NCBI GenBank assembly: GCA_951406725.2
Contig: OX597815.1
Coordinates: 194,618,001-194,682,000, forward strand
Direction: 5' to 3'
From: Octopus vulgaris
Taxonomy: Eukaryota
Length of the DNA stretch: 64,000 bases
Below are positions 53,051 to 64,000 of the stretch, one piece after another. Each line of letters starts with the position of its first letter. The stretch's first letter is position 1. The notes beneath the pieces were generated by a model that saw nothing but the letters and a program-made list of their open reading frames with translations, had not been told where the DNA came from and searched no databases. The translations under genes were made by a program, and so were the position numbers.

Positions 53051-53399
53051 TTTGAAGTTTTGTAAACGTTGCGGTTGATGAGATATGAACCCACCGAAGG
53101 CAAAGGAGAAGGTCCATCAAGAAAGACGGTATCAACAGTGTCACCTTGTAGGAGGAATTTAACAAAGAAAGGGAGTCGACTGGAGGTATTAAACCCTGCT
53201 TTTCAACGTAAATGGCGATTTTCAGAAGCTTAAAAAAGAAGCTAAGATGTGGGGCAAAATGAGTAATTCTTTGAGAGAGGGGAACCTTGAAGATTTTTGC
53301 TTGGGTTTTTAGACAAAAGATCTAAGTCAGTGGAAACGTTAGGCCGCTTCACGCTCACAGTATTCCGGTTTCAAATTTTGGCACTAGGCCAGATATTTC

Positions 53400-53580
53400 T
53401 GGGGGTAAGGAGTGATTTTTTTCATCGACCGCAGTACGTGACTGGTACTTATTTTATCGACCCCGAAAGGATAAAAGTCAAATACAACCTCGGCAGAATT
53501 TGAACTCAGAACGTAAGAACGGACGAATTGCGCTGAGCATTTCATCCAGCGTCCTGACGATTCTGCCAGCTCACCGTCTT
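53400..53580 (-). mobile_element. SINE family A, older copy
   Basis: Reverse complement of head and core. Confidence 0.8.
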
Positions 53581-53600
53581 ACGCTCACTAATATGATTGA

Positions 53601-53833
53601 GGGCGGCGAGTTGGCAGAAACGTTAGCACGTCGGGTGAAATGCTTAGCGGTATTTCGCCTGCCGCTACGTTCTGAGTTCAGATTCCGCCGAGGTCGACTT
53701 TGCCTTTCATCCTTTCGGGGTCGATTAAATAAGTACCAGTTACGCTCTGGAGTCGATATAATCGACTTAATCCCTTTGTCTGTCCTTCTTTGTCCCCTCT
53801 ATGTTTAGCCCCCTGTGGGCAATAAAGAAATAA
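53601..53833 (+). mobile_element. SINE family A, monomer
   Basis: Head to aataaagaaat tail. Confidence 0.9.
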
Positions 53834-53879
53834 ATATGATTGATATCGCGGTGTATGAACCTCAGGAATATGAGGATCA

Positions 53880-54430
53880 GATCCAGAAGTAATTGGACAG
53901 GTGTCGACTCTTGGAGTTTCGTCATCAGCAATGTAACGAGCGCAGAAGTTTACCGCTATCACATATGGTTGATAGATTCTGCATGAATGCCCAGCCACTG
54001 ATGAGCCCCAATAACAATACGTCTATCCAGAAGTTTATAATCCTTCGAAGTAAAGGGGGGGGGAGTTTAACGAGAGTGGTAGTGCTATATGTCGAAGACC
54101 CAGCGGCTGAAAATGAGGTATTATGTAAAGGTTACTTGAAAGCTTTCTTTTGATAAGAGACAAGTGTAATAAACTATTCCAAGGGTACAGACAACGGCAG
54201 ACACCAGCTAGTTTCTGTGAGGAATAAATTTGTCACAGCATTACAGGTCGCAGCGACTGAAATCGTTCGCAATGAAGTGGGGATAAATCAAATCATTTGG
54301 TCCCCAGTGTCACTAACTCCAGGAGAAGATGAATTAGGGCACTGAAAAATCGAGGCTCTTTTGCGGCACAAGGAACATGAGCATCCGTTCTATCTTCTCT
54401 TTTTTTGCGGTAAGATATCATTCGTTTTCA
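53880..54430 (-). mobile_element. Old LINE reverse transcriptase remnant (CR1/Jockey-like)
   Basis: Minus-strand fragments KAFK*PLH, IINFWI and YIADD occur in the order expected for RT motifs; very degraded. Confidence 0.35.
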
Positions 54431-55585
54431 GTTGCACATGTTTAGGAAACATCTGTAAACGAATTTGTTACTGCCTATTCAGCTGAAAAACTGCAGAAAA
54501 AAGAACTCTACAAAAGACAACCTGGCTGCCGACAAAAACGGTTTTGAGCAATGCAATACATAAACAAATAGAAAAAATAAAACAAAAAGTAGACGAAAAG
54601 CCCCGCTGTTAGTCGGTGGCATGGATAGATTAATATAATCATCATCATATTCTAAGTGATTGTTCCAAAATGCATATCTAAGTTGCTATAATAATTTGTC
54701 TGCAACGGTTCCAGGAACAATGTATTTTCCCCACCTTAGTAAACAGGCAGTGGAATATTAATAAGTATTTTCTCGTTGTTCAGAATCAATTGTTCAAACA
54801 AGATGATAGAAATACAACGAGAAAGACATATTGAAATGAACGAATGGCTTTTGTTTACTGTTATATTTTCTTCTAATTGAAAATTTTTTTCTATTCTTTC
54901 ATTTCTCATTAAAGTCTGAAGAATGTTGACGATATTTTTGGCAAGCCTATTTCAGAAAAAAATAACATATAACAGATTTGTTTAAAACACGCATCTAATA
55001 AAATATATTGAAGCAAAAATACAAAATGTAAAGAAAAGGTCAAAAGTAAATTCATTTGTGTTTGAATAGTGACCTGTTAAAATGACATCTCGAGCTCAGA
55101 CTAAGTATTATTAGTTTTTCTTCAAGTTTTTGGTTATTTGTGATAATGGTAGTGGCATTTGTGGTGGTTTTGGTGGTTATCACAATATTACATTTTTTGA
55201 ATAAATATACGAATTGATAAACAGTCATAAATAATCTTTTAAAGAAATAGAAAGCTAGAATTAGAAAATGGAGGAAACAATGAATTTCAAATTAGCTGAG
55301 TGTTGAATAGAGCAGATAATCTGAAAAGAGAAGTAAAATATTTTTGCTGAAATTCAATGTCATTCCGATATAAAGGTGTGAATTGAAGAAATTTAATGGG
55401 TTTAATGTTGTAAAAATACATTGGTGAAATAGAAAAGACGGTGATTGGGCAGTGAGTTCGAATCATTACAGTAATTTCATTGTATCTAGTGTAGACGATC
55501 CAGTATTGCTTCTCACAACATATAGCTATATCAATATATATATAGCTATATCAATATATATATAGCTATATCAATATATAGCTAA

Positions 55586-55795
55586 GACGGCGAGCTGGCA
55601 GAAACGTTAGCGCGCCGGGCGAAATGCTTAGCGGTATTTCGTCTGCCGCTACGTTCTGAGTTCAAATTCTGCCGAGGTCGACTTTGCCTTTCATCCTTTC
55701 GGGGTCGATAAATTAAGTACCAGTTACGCACTGGGGTCGATGTCTATCCTTGTTTGTCCCCTCTGTGTTTAGCCCCTTGTGGGTAATAAAGAAAT
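55586..55795 (+). mobile_element. SINE family A monomer within a 20-bp atatatagctatatca minisatellite
   Basis: Family A sequence with atatatagcta on both sides. Confidence 0.9.
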
Positions 55796-56199
55796 ATATA
55801 TAGCTATATCAATTCAGAATCGAGTAACTCACCAACAAGATACTCTCTACCAGCTCACACAACATGCTAGAAACAACACACAAATCACCCCCAAATAACA
55901 TTCTGTCGTCTTTAAGAAAGAAAAACTATGTTATTTAGTCATCAATACATTTTAAAACATTAAGAGTGATTAAGAGCTCATTTAGCACAAAACCATTTCA
56001 ACACTGTTCTTTCTCTTTTTGTTCTTGACATTCTTGACAGTAGTAATGAAGCCAGTGTAGCTTTCCATCAAGTAATAGATAGAAAGCTACACCGTAAAAG
56101 TTGCTGTAGGAATGGTAGTAGTTGTCTCCATTTTTTCTTCCACAGGTAATTTAGAAGTGGTCGTTATTTGGTTATGAAAGTTGTTTATTTAATGAAGCA

Positions 56200-57145
56200 T
56201 TTTTTACCCTGCGCGCACAAGCAAAAGCAGGGTGTAGTAATTACGCGTCTTTGTGTGTCTGTGTTTTTGGCAAAATTACTTCAAAACGGCTGAACGGATT
56301 TTCAAAACTGACAATCAAAATAGACTAATGTTGAGGTGGTTTGGCCACATAAAAAGGTTGGATGAGAAGCGGATGGTAAGGAGGGTGTTGAAAACAGAAG
56401 TGGTAGGCAGCAGAACCAGAGGCAGACCTCGATTTCTGTGGATGGATGGAGTGAGGAAAGATTTGCGGGTTAGAGATGTTGGAGTAAGAGAGGCAAGGGA
56501 GTTTATAAATGATAGGAACATTTGGAGTGTGTTTGAGCAACATCAAATTCACTCATCCGTCCACAAAGGGGTACGGAACCAGCATGATGCGGCGGGGCTA
56601 AACCAGAGATTGCTTTCTATGCCTTCACCCGAGCATAGAACTGGGATCGCCTCTTTGAGCTGGGAAATGAATAGAATGCCTGATGTGTGTCTTGTTGTGG
56701 CTACCCCTCCTAAACGAATGGGGAATAGGCCTGGGTATACAAATAAATAAATAATTTATATATATATTACTTCTAAGTATGTAACGTCCTATAACTGTCT
56801 GTGAGATTTTACAATTACGTCAAAATTTCCAAATTTGGTATGTTGAAATAATTTTGCAAGTTAAATCCGATTTTGTTACTTTTGTTATTCCAGAAAAATG
56901 TTACCGAGCTTTAAAGTTTAATCAATTTTACTTAATCAGAAAACAAGATTTGAAGCTGGCATTCTCTGCATAATAGCAGACATTTTCTGCATTATAGCTG
57001 TCTATCACGAAATGAAAGCAAAATAATTAGAAGGAAGAATTTCTGTTTAATTTAAAAAAGGAAAAAATCCTCTACGAAGTTTTGGTGAAAAATTGCACAA
57101 ATCTGTCCTGATCAAGAGGCCTACCTGTCGGGGAAGGTATATCAT
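56200..57145 (+). mobile_element. Possible Helentron-associated (DINE/HINE-like) element hosting the RTE fragment
   Basis: TTTTACCCTGC...GCAGGGT 5' inverted repeat, gtgtgtctgtg, aaaacggctgaacggatttt core, and a ggaaggtata 3' motif near 57135. Confidence 0.35.
56320..56754 (+). mobile_element. RTE-clade LINE 3' end
   Basis: LRWFGHIKR...GSRTRGRPRFLWMDGVRKDL...DRNIW; 3'UTR and (AAAT)n tail. Confidence 0.9.
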
Positions 57146-57193
57146 TTTTTATTTATTCCATGTCACAGTATAAGACATTCTATTGTAAAAATT

Positions 57194-57220
57194 ACCTGGC
57201 AACGACGGGCTATTCAGCTA

Positions 57221-57221
<1 letters not shown>
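57194..57221 (+). mobile_element. Helitron 3' terminus remnant
   Basis: cctggcaacgacgggctattcagCTAG|T resembles the hairpin plus CTAG ends at 719-746 and 8226-8253. Confidence 0.55.
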
Positions 57222-57265
<44 letters not shown>

Positions 57266-57281
57266 GTATACTAGCTGAATA

Positions 57282-57364
<83 letters not shown>

Positions 57365-57373
57365 CATATATAT

Positions 57374-57416
<43 letters not shown>

Positions 57417-58608
57417 ATGTATGCTAGCTGAATATTATATGTGCGCGCGCGTGTGTATGGTGATTATATTTATATATAATACATATAGATATATGTATAT
57501 ATACATTGTTGTGCACAAATGCATACGCACACACATACATACACCCCCACAAACTAATACACGCAAGCATAGACAATCACTCGTATCTATACGTGAAGAG
57601 TGTTTATTTATTTTTTTTTTTAATTATTGAAGTACGTTGCATTTCAAAATCGCTCTTCATTTTGAAAAGCAATTTTCAAAAGTATTGTCTGCAATAAGAT
57701 TTATCGAGTTTGTTTTTAATTTAGTTTTCTTTGTCCATCTCAAGATTAATAATCTAAGAATATAATCTCTTCAAATTGATTAAAAAATACCCAAACCCAC
57801 TATTTCAAAATTACATGCTTCCACTCAGAAACTCACATATACACACGAAAACATATAAACTCACACACACACGCACGAACGCACATGCACACACATACAC
57901 GCACGCACTTGCATATATGTATATATATGAATATATTTATTGCGTACATTAAAGGTTATTGGTTATACATACACATATGCACATACGTGGGCCGTGTGGG
58001 CGTATTTCTATGTATGCATGTATACTCTCAGCTGTTTGATTATATGGTAATGTTTCGTAACTAGATGGTTCCAGATACTCCTGAATCCAGTGGATCTACA
58101 AATGCGGCCTAAATCGACAATAAGCGGAACAGATTACACTACAAGCAGTCGAACTTTCTCTGTGTTGTCGTGCGAAGGCAAAAGCTAAGGAACAAAAAAG
58201 CATACTTATAATAAAGTTCGTAGCATGATTCCAGACAATTGAATTAATGTGCACACAAACAAAGTGAAGGGATACTGAATAGTAGATGTTCACATATTGT
58301 GCTGAAATGCAAGGTCACGTAACCTGGTGCACGCACAAGCAAGGTTAGAACAGAGTAAGGAACACGTAGTTGCTAGTGAAGTTCGAATCAAAATTCGTGT
58401 AGTAATTCTAATATCAAATGTTAGGACAGCCTATGCAAGATTCCGCCAGGGGGGTATTACAGACCATAGCATGTCCCAATTATGATCAAAGCTTACAATT
58501 ACCGTAAACAGTTTCCGTAATTCATTCACACACACACAAACACATACACATGTATGTACATCTTTTGTACACCACCTGTCTTCGTCTTTTGTTTTTTTCG
58601 TAAACTCT

Positions 58609-58637
<29 letters not shown>

Positions 58638-58639
<2 letters not shown>

Positions 58640-58801
58640 GGCGTAGGAGTGACTGTGTGGTAAGTAGCTTGCTTGCCAACCACATAGTTCCGGGTTCAGT
58701 CCCACTGCGTGGCACCTTGGGCAAGTGTCTTCAACTATAGCCTCAAGCCGACCAAAGTCATGACAGTGCATTTGGTAGACGGAAACTGAAAGAAGCCCGT
58801 C

Positions 58802-58858
<57 letters not shown>

Positions 58859-59070
58859 TGTGTCTGTGTGTTTGTGTCTCTGTGTTTTTCCCCCAACATC
58901 GCTTGACAACCGATGGTGATGTGTTTACATCGCCATAACTTATTCCATAGGCCTCTTTTGTACTAAGTACTAAGCTAACAAAGAATAAATCCTGGGGTCA
59001 CTTTGCTCGACTAAAGGTGGTCCTCCAGCATGGCCACAGTCAAATGACTGAAACAAGTAAAAGAGAGTAA
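58638..59070 (+). mobile_element. SINE family B, full length
   Basis: aggcgtaggagtgactgtgtgg head to aaagagagtaaaa tail. Confidence 0.9.
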
Positions 59071-59089
59071 AAAAACACACACACACACG

Positions 59090-59124
<35 letters not shown>

Positions 59125-59894
59125 TTACATTTAAACACATAGGTAAAAGGCATTCGGTATGTCAGGTTCTCAATGATACTCTCTGCGATGAAGTGATGTT
59201 AATCGAAGAGCCTAATAAGAGGTTAAAAATGGGACAATATTATGTTGCTAGAAAATGCATTTCATTCGCAAGAACATAAGTTGCTGCTTCTGCTGAAGAT
59301 AATAATAAGATCAAAAGCAATTGAATTTATGAACAATGGAAGGTTAACCGTTAAATAGATGATGCAAAAAAAAAAAAAGCTTAATCTCGTTCAATCCCAT
59401 CTACGCATTGACGAACATTTAGTTCAAGATTATTCTAATTATATAAAGGTTAAAATAGACGGGAAGTTCATGTTGAGAATGCTTTGAATTATAACTCCTA
59501 AGCAGCAATATTTTTAAACAGCATTGTTTTGCGATAGCAGCATTTGGTGACAGGACCAACCAGCGTTAGCAACTAAAATTTTCCTCACATCGTACCACAC
59601 AAAACAACGTAGTTCTAGATACACTGTGCCTGAGAAAGAAAACAAAATATCCAACAGTATCAAATCTAAACTTGCCTTTGATCATGGGTCTAGAAAATCG
59701 GGTTGAGCTACGGCGAAATAACATCAAAAACCAAACACAACATTGGTATATTTATTCAACATTTCAATTATTTCAAAACTGTTTGCTTATACCTGTAAAG
59801 TATTTAATTCTGGTGAGGCAAATGCATGAGAAATATTCATAGGATATGTTGTTTATATATGCAAAAACAACTTTGTTATTGTTGTTGGTGTTCA

Positions 59895-60512
59895 TATTCT
59901 TCTTCTTCTTCACAGTCTTTTTCTTCTTTTTCTTCTTCGTCTTCTTCTTCTTCTTCTTCTTCTTCTTCTTGCCATCCTTCTCCGCGTCGTCGTTGTCATC
60001 GTTGTTGTTCTTTTTATTCTTCTTCTCGTCCCCTTCTCCTCGACCTTCTTCTTCTTTTTCTTCTTCTTCTTCTTCTTCTTCTTCTTTCGTCTTCTTCTTC
60101 TTCTTCTTCTTCTTCTTCTTCTTCTTCTTCTTCTTCTTCTTCTTCTTTCTTCTTCTTCTTCTTCTTCTTCTTCTTCTTCTTCTTCTTCTTCTTCCTCTTG
60201 CCATCCTTCTCCTCGTCGTCGTGGTCATCGTTGTTCTTGTTGTTCTTTTTCTTCTTGTCGTCCCCTCTTCCTCCTCCTCCTCCTCCTCCTCACCCTCCTC
60301 ACCCTCCTTCTTCTTCCCCTCCTTCCTCTTCCTCTTCTTCTTTTTGCCATCCTTTTCCTTATCGTTGTAGTCATCATTATTGTTGTTCTTTTTCTTCTTC
60401 TTGTCATCTCTCTCCTCCTCCTCCTTCTTCTTCTTCTTCTTTCTTTCTTTCTTTTCTTCTTCTTCTTCTTCTTCTTCTTCTCCTCCTCCTCCTCCTCCTC
60501 CTCCTCCTCCTC
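59895..60512. repeat. Compound (TTC/TCC)n tract with higher-order duplication
   Basis: ttgccatcctt recurs three times (near 59970, 60200 and 60345). Confidence 0.9.
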
Positions 60513-60856
60513 GTAAGGTCTTGGATTGTAATTGGTGTGCGGGCTCTTCTTATATATGATACTCGTGGGCAACATACACCACACCCATTGTCGTAGTCGA
60601 ATGATGCAGAATCTTCGTTTTCTCACGATAGCTCCATGCCACTTGTTTACCATTTCTTCTTCACTCCCAGGAACTCTATTATATTGATTTGCTATTTAGA
60701 CACGACACCCTGCATTTATTGCAGAAGAAAATGGCATTGTGTAGAACTTATAGCTTCCTTTCTTTGGGGCTATTAGCGACTGCAACCGGAAATGCATAGA
60801 TGAATACAAAGATACACACACATGGTTTTCGTTTAATCTGTGATATGTATATCTAT

Positions 60857-60895
<39 letters not shown>

Positions 60896-60935
60896 TGCAT
60901 GTATATGTGTATGTATACATATATATATTACGTTA

Positions 60936-60983
<48 letters not shown>

Positions 60984-61243
60984 TGCATGTATATGTGTAT
61001 GTATACATATATATATGTTACTTTATATTATATATATATATATATTTAATTATATACTCATCACACACACGCGCGCGCGAACACACACAGACGCACACGC
61101 ACATATATATATATATATATTGCACAACACAACGTACGACGGAAGAAATGAAGTAAGTTTGAATATTTGAAAGCCTTGCTGTGGGTGAAATAAGAATGTA
61201 AGCGCATTACTTTCCATGTTAGTAATGTATATATATATATATA

Positions 61244-61473
61244 TTTCTTTACTACCCACCAGGGGTTAAACACAGAGGGGACAAACAAGGACAGACAAAG
61301 GGAATAAGTCGATTACATCGACTCCAGTGCGTAACTGGTACTTAATTTATCGACCCCGAAAGGATGAAAGGCAAAGTCGACCTCGGCGGTATTTGAAGTC
61401 GGAACGTAACGGCAGACGAAATACGGCTACGCATTTCGCCCGGTGTGCTAATGTTTCTGCCAGATCGCCGCCT
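61244..61473 (-). mobile_element. SINE family A, monomer
   Basis: Reverse complement of family A. Confidence 0.9.
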
Positions 61474-61848
61474 CTATGTAATGTATATATATATATATAT
61501 ATATAAGGATGTATGTATGTACGAATTTATGTATGCATGAATGCAGGCTTGCATATGTCTACGTAAAGTTTTCAACACACGCATGCGCGCACAAAATATC
61601 ATTCACCATTTTTCTTTATCTATTTGTTGTGTCATTGAACTGATAAAGAGAGTATCTCGTCAGCTGACGCACGATTTATAGAAGATAAGGGTGGAAGGCT
61701 TCTTCAATCAGCTGGAAGTAATTTCAATGCGATAAAAATCATTGCTTTGTTTCCGATCTAGTGATAGATGAAATACGTTCAAAATCATAGTTTATTTTGT
61801 AATGATGTATTCTTGTTACAATATAGCACCCCCCCCCCCACATATATA

Positions 61849-61924
<76 letters not shown>

Positions 61925-62608
61925 CTAACTGTGGTACCCGCTAAGAAATCACTGTTAATAAGATGTCTGTTGGTAGGCATGAAATATTTTTCGTCAAATT
62001 TCGGCATTTTTTCAAAAAATTAAAATCTATATTAATGGGTAGGACCAATTTGACGTAAAGATGAGCATAGTCTGGTAACGAACCCGTGTCGTCTTTATTT
62101 TTGTGCATGTGCGTTAAATAGCAAAATTTTACGCTTTGGGGCAGATTTCGTCAAATTGATGTCACGACGGCTTGTGCGAAAAGTGCCTAAATTTTGCTTG
62201 AAAAATAAAATAGTCTTCTTACCTAATCAAAAGCTGAAACGCTGGGAAAATAAAACAAGGAATTGAAATAATAAGTTTTAGCAAGTCAAAACAATTCGCA
62301 TTGAAATGAAGAATTAGCAAATTCTAAATAAGATTACCGTTAATAAGCTGTCTGTTTTTACTCATGAACCATATTTCGTCAAATTGATGTCACGATGGCT
62401 AGTGCGAAAATTGCCGAAATTTTACGGTTTTTGAAAAATTGATGCCGATTAAAAATAGGTATTTTTTAAAATTCTAAGTGCGTAAGTTATCGCAGGGGCA
62501 TAAGCTTTCCCCATACGTGTCAAGTTTCATCAATGTCTATTGGATAGCCTCAGAGGAGTTAGAGTAATAAATACACAAATACACAAACTTGCCATTTATT
62601 ATTATAGA
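61925..62608 (-). mobile_element. Non-autonomous Helitron with internal repeats
   Basis: Minus strand starts A|TCtataataataaatggcaagtttgtgt; shares gtgtcaagtttcatca with 8226-8664; internal repeat atttcgtcaaattgatgtcacga; degenerate TTAG|T end. Confidence 0.6.
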
Positions 62609-62740
62609 TATATAATGTGCAATTTGACACAATGCGTTTTTGCTATCGAATGATGTCATGCATACATAGATGTATACATAAAAGCTTACATGCATACATA
62701 TATAAGTGTGTGTGTGTGTGTGTGTATAATTCATATACAT

Positions 62741-62860
<120 letters not shown>

Positions 62861-62864
62861 GTAT

Positions 62865-63085
62865 GTATCAGGTCAGGGCGCCATGATAGATCGTTAGCTC
62901 CTACACGCATTTTTTTCTCTCCTTGTTTCTCTTCTTGTTTTTTTCTGTGTATCATTTTGTCGAAAAGCGTAGGCTCGAAACGAAAAAGACTTGTTCTATT
63001 TCTATTTCTGAGCGCTATACTAATACATTTGTTTGTTTGTACTCCACCTGCCTTCGTCTTTTGTTTATTTTCGTAAACTTTCCCG

Positions 63086-63088
<3 letters not shown>
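62865..63088 (+). mobile_element. TA-flanked short repeat with variant HHR-like motif (same family as 26022)
   Basis: ttttgtcgaaaagcgtaggctcgaaacgaaaaagac and shared 3' ctgagcg.tatactaat...ttttcgtaaact. Confidence 0.65.
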
Positions 63089-63135
<47 letters not shown>

Positions 63136-63469
63136 GCATATATACATACATATATGTACATACCTACATATATATGTATATATACATGCATATATGGCTA
63201 CAGGACATAAAAAAATGTTGAACACAATGAGAAACGAAAACATAAATACAAAAACAGAAACGAACTTTTTTTTCGAACGACGAAAAAACAGAGAAACGAG
63301 AGATGCAACATAAAGAATATTCCCCTTCTTCAGTTGTCCCTGTTTCATCTACTCCGCGTTACGAAAGCATGTATGTGTAAGACAAGATTTATACTAGAAG
63401 TAATGAAAAAATAGCTATAACAATATCGTTAACTGACGTATGTCGTTTGCAGATGCTGATAAAGTAAAA

Positions 63470-63790
63470 CTTCGTCTATACATCGTTGCTACTCGATCTT
63501 CTGGCCGCCTCTTTAATCTGCGCCGATTTGCTGCCAATTCAAAAGTTTTCCAGTCTCTTATTCGTGACCTCCTTTATACAGATGACTGTATCTTAGTCAC
63601 TCATACAGTGGATGACAACAAAATACTTATGAATCATATTTCTGCTTCATGCAAGGCATTTGGACTCTGCATTAGCCTGGACAAGACTGTTGTAATGTTC
63701 CAGTCACCATAAGGAAATCTATATGTGGAACCATCTATCTTGGTTGAAGGAACAATTATGAAAGTGGTAGACAAGCCGTGTATACTTGTC
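63470..63790 (+). mobile_element. RTE-clade LINE reverse transcriptase fragment
   Basis: RSSGRLFNLRRFAANSKV...IRDLLYTDDC...AFGLCISLDKTVVM; in-frame stop after SP. Confidence 0.88.
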
Positions 63791-64000
63791 AAGAGCAAGG
63801 CTCATTAGCCACCAAGGGATCCGAAAATGTAAAATATAAGTTAGTCCTAGAGCTCACAATGTTCCTAAAGTTCAGCAATGGTTTTCCTCGGTCACGAGTG
63901 GACGGCCATTATCATATATGTATATAAAAGTATGTATATATGTATGTATGTCATTATTCACTGTTATTTCAAGAATTCTTACCAATAAAGAAAGAACCGG

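Noticed and set aside
52516-53065. Thr/Pro/His-rich mucin-like ORFs
   Set aside because: Degenerate (CCA)n tract open in several frames without exon boundaries.
56128-56152. Polypyrimidine-CAG|GTAAT, a recursive-splice-site-like motif
   Set aside because: No host gene is defined here, and such motifs arise by chance in 64 kb of AT-rich DNA.
59773-60653. Long poly-K/E/S/F/L ORFs
   Set aside because: Translation of (TTC/TCC)n microsatellite.
63195-63370. TA-flanked repeat with minus-strand CTGAAGAAG
   Set aside because: No stem II followed by GAAA downstream, so I cannot support a ribozyme. It may still be a pLTR fragment.

Overview
AT-rich, microsatellite-saturated eukaryotic DNA. The SINE families and repeat style point to a coleoid cephalopod, probably Octopus (inference). 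I find no intact host protein-coding gene, and almost all ORFs in the supplied track are microsatellite or SINE artefacts. The window is a mosaic of four tRNA-derived SINE families (about 25 copies), fragments of Dong/R4, RTE, Tx1/L1 and CR1-like LINEs, a Penelope GIY-YIG fragment, Tc1 and mariner fossils, Helitron pieces, MITEs, one 100-N gap, a ~640-bp local duplication and a probable decayed LRR (TLR-like) gene. The most notable signal is a set of minimal hammerhead-ribozyme (HHR) motifs in several unrelated short non-coding elements, most of them inserted in (TA)n: a near-perfect ~170-bp-arm palindrome carrying an HHR on each strand, a tRNA-headed (Pol III-type) element carrying an HHR, and a family with a non-canonical CUGUNGA core. 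Together with the Penelope endonuclease fragment, these suggest a Penelope-dependent retrozyme/SINE system. Coordinates were read by eye and element ends may be off by a few bases. No searches or folding programs were run.
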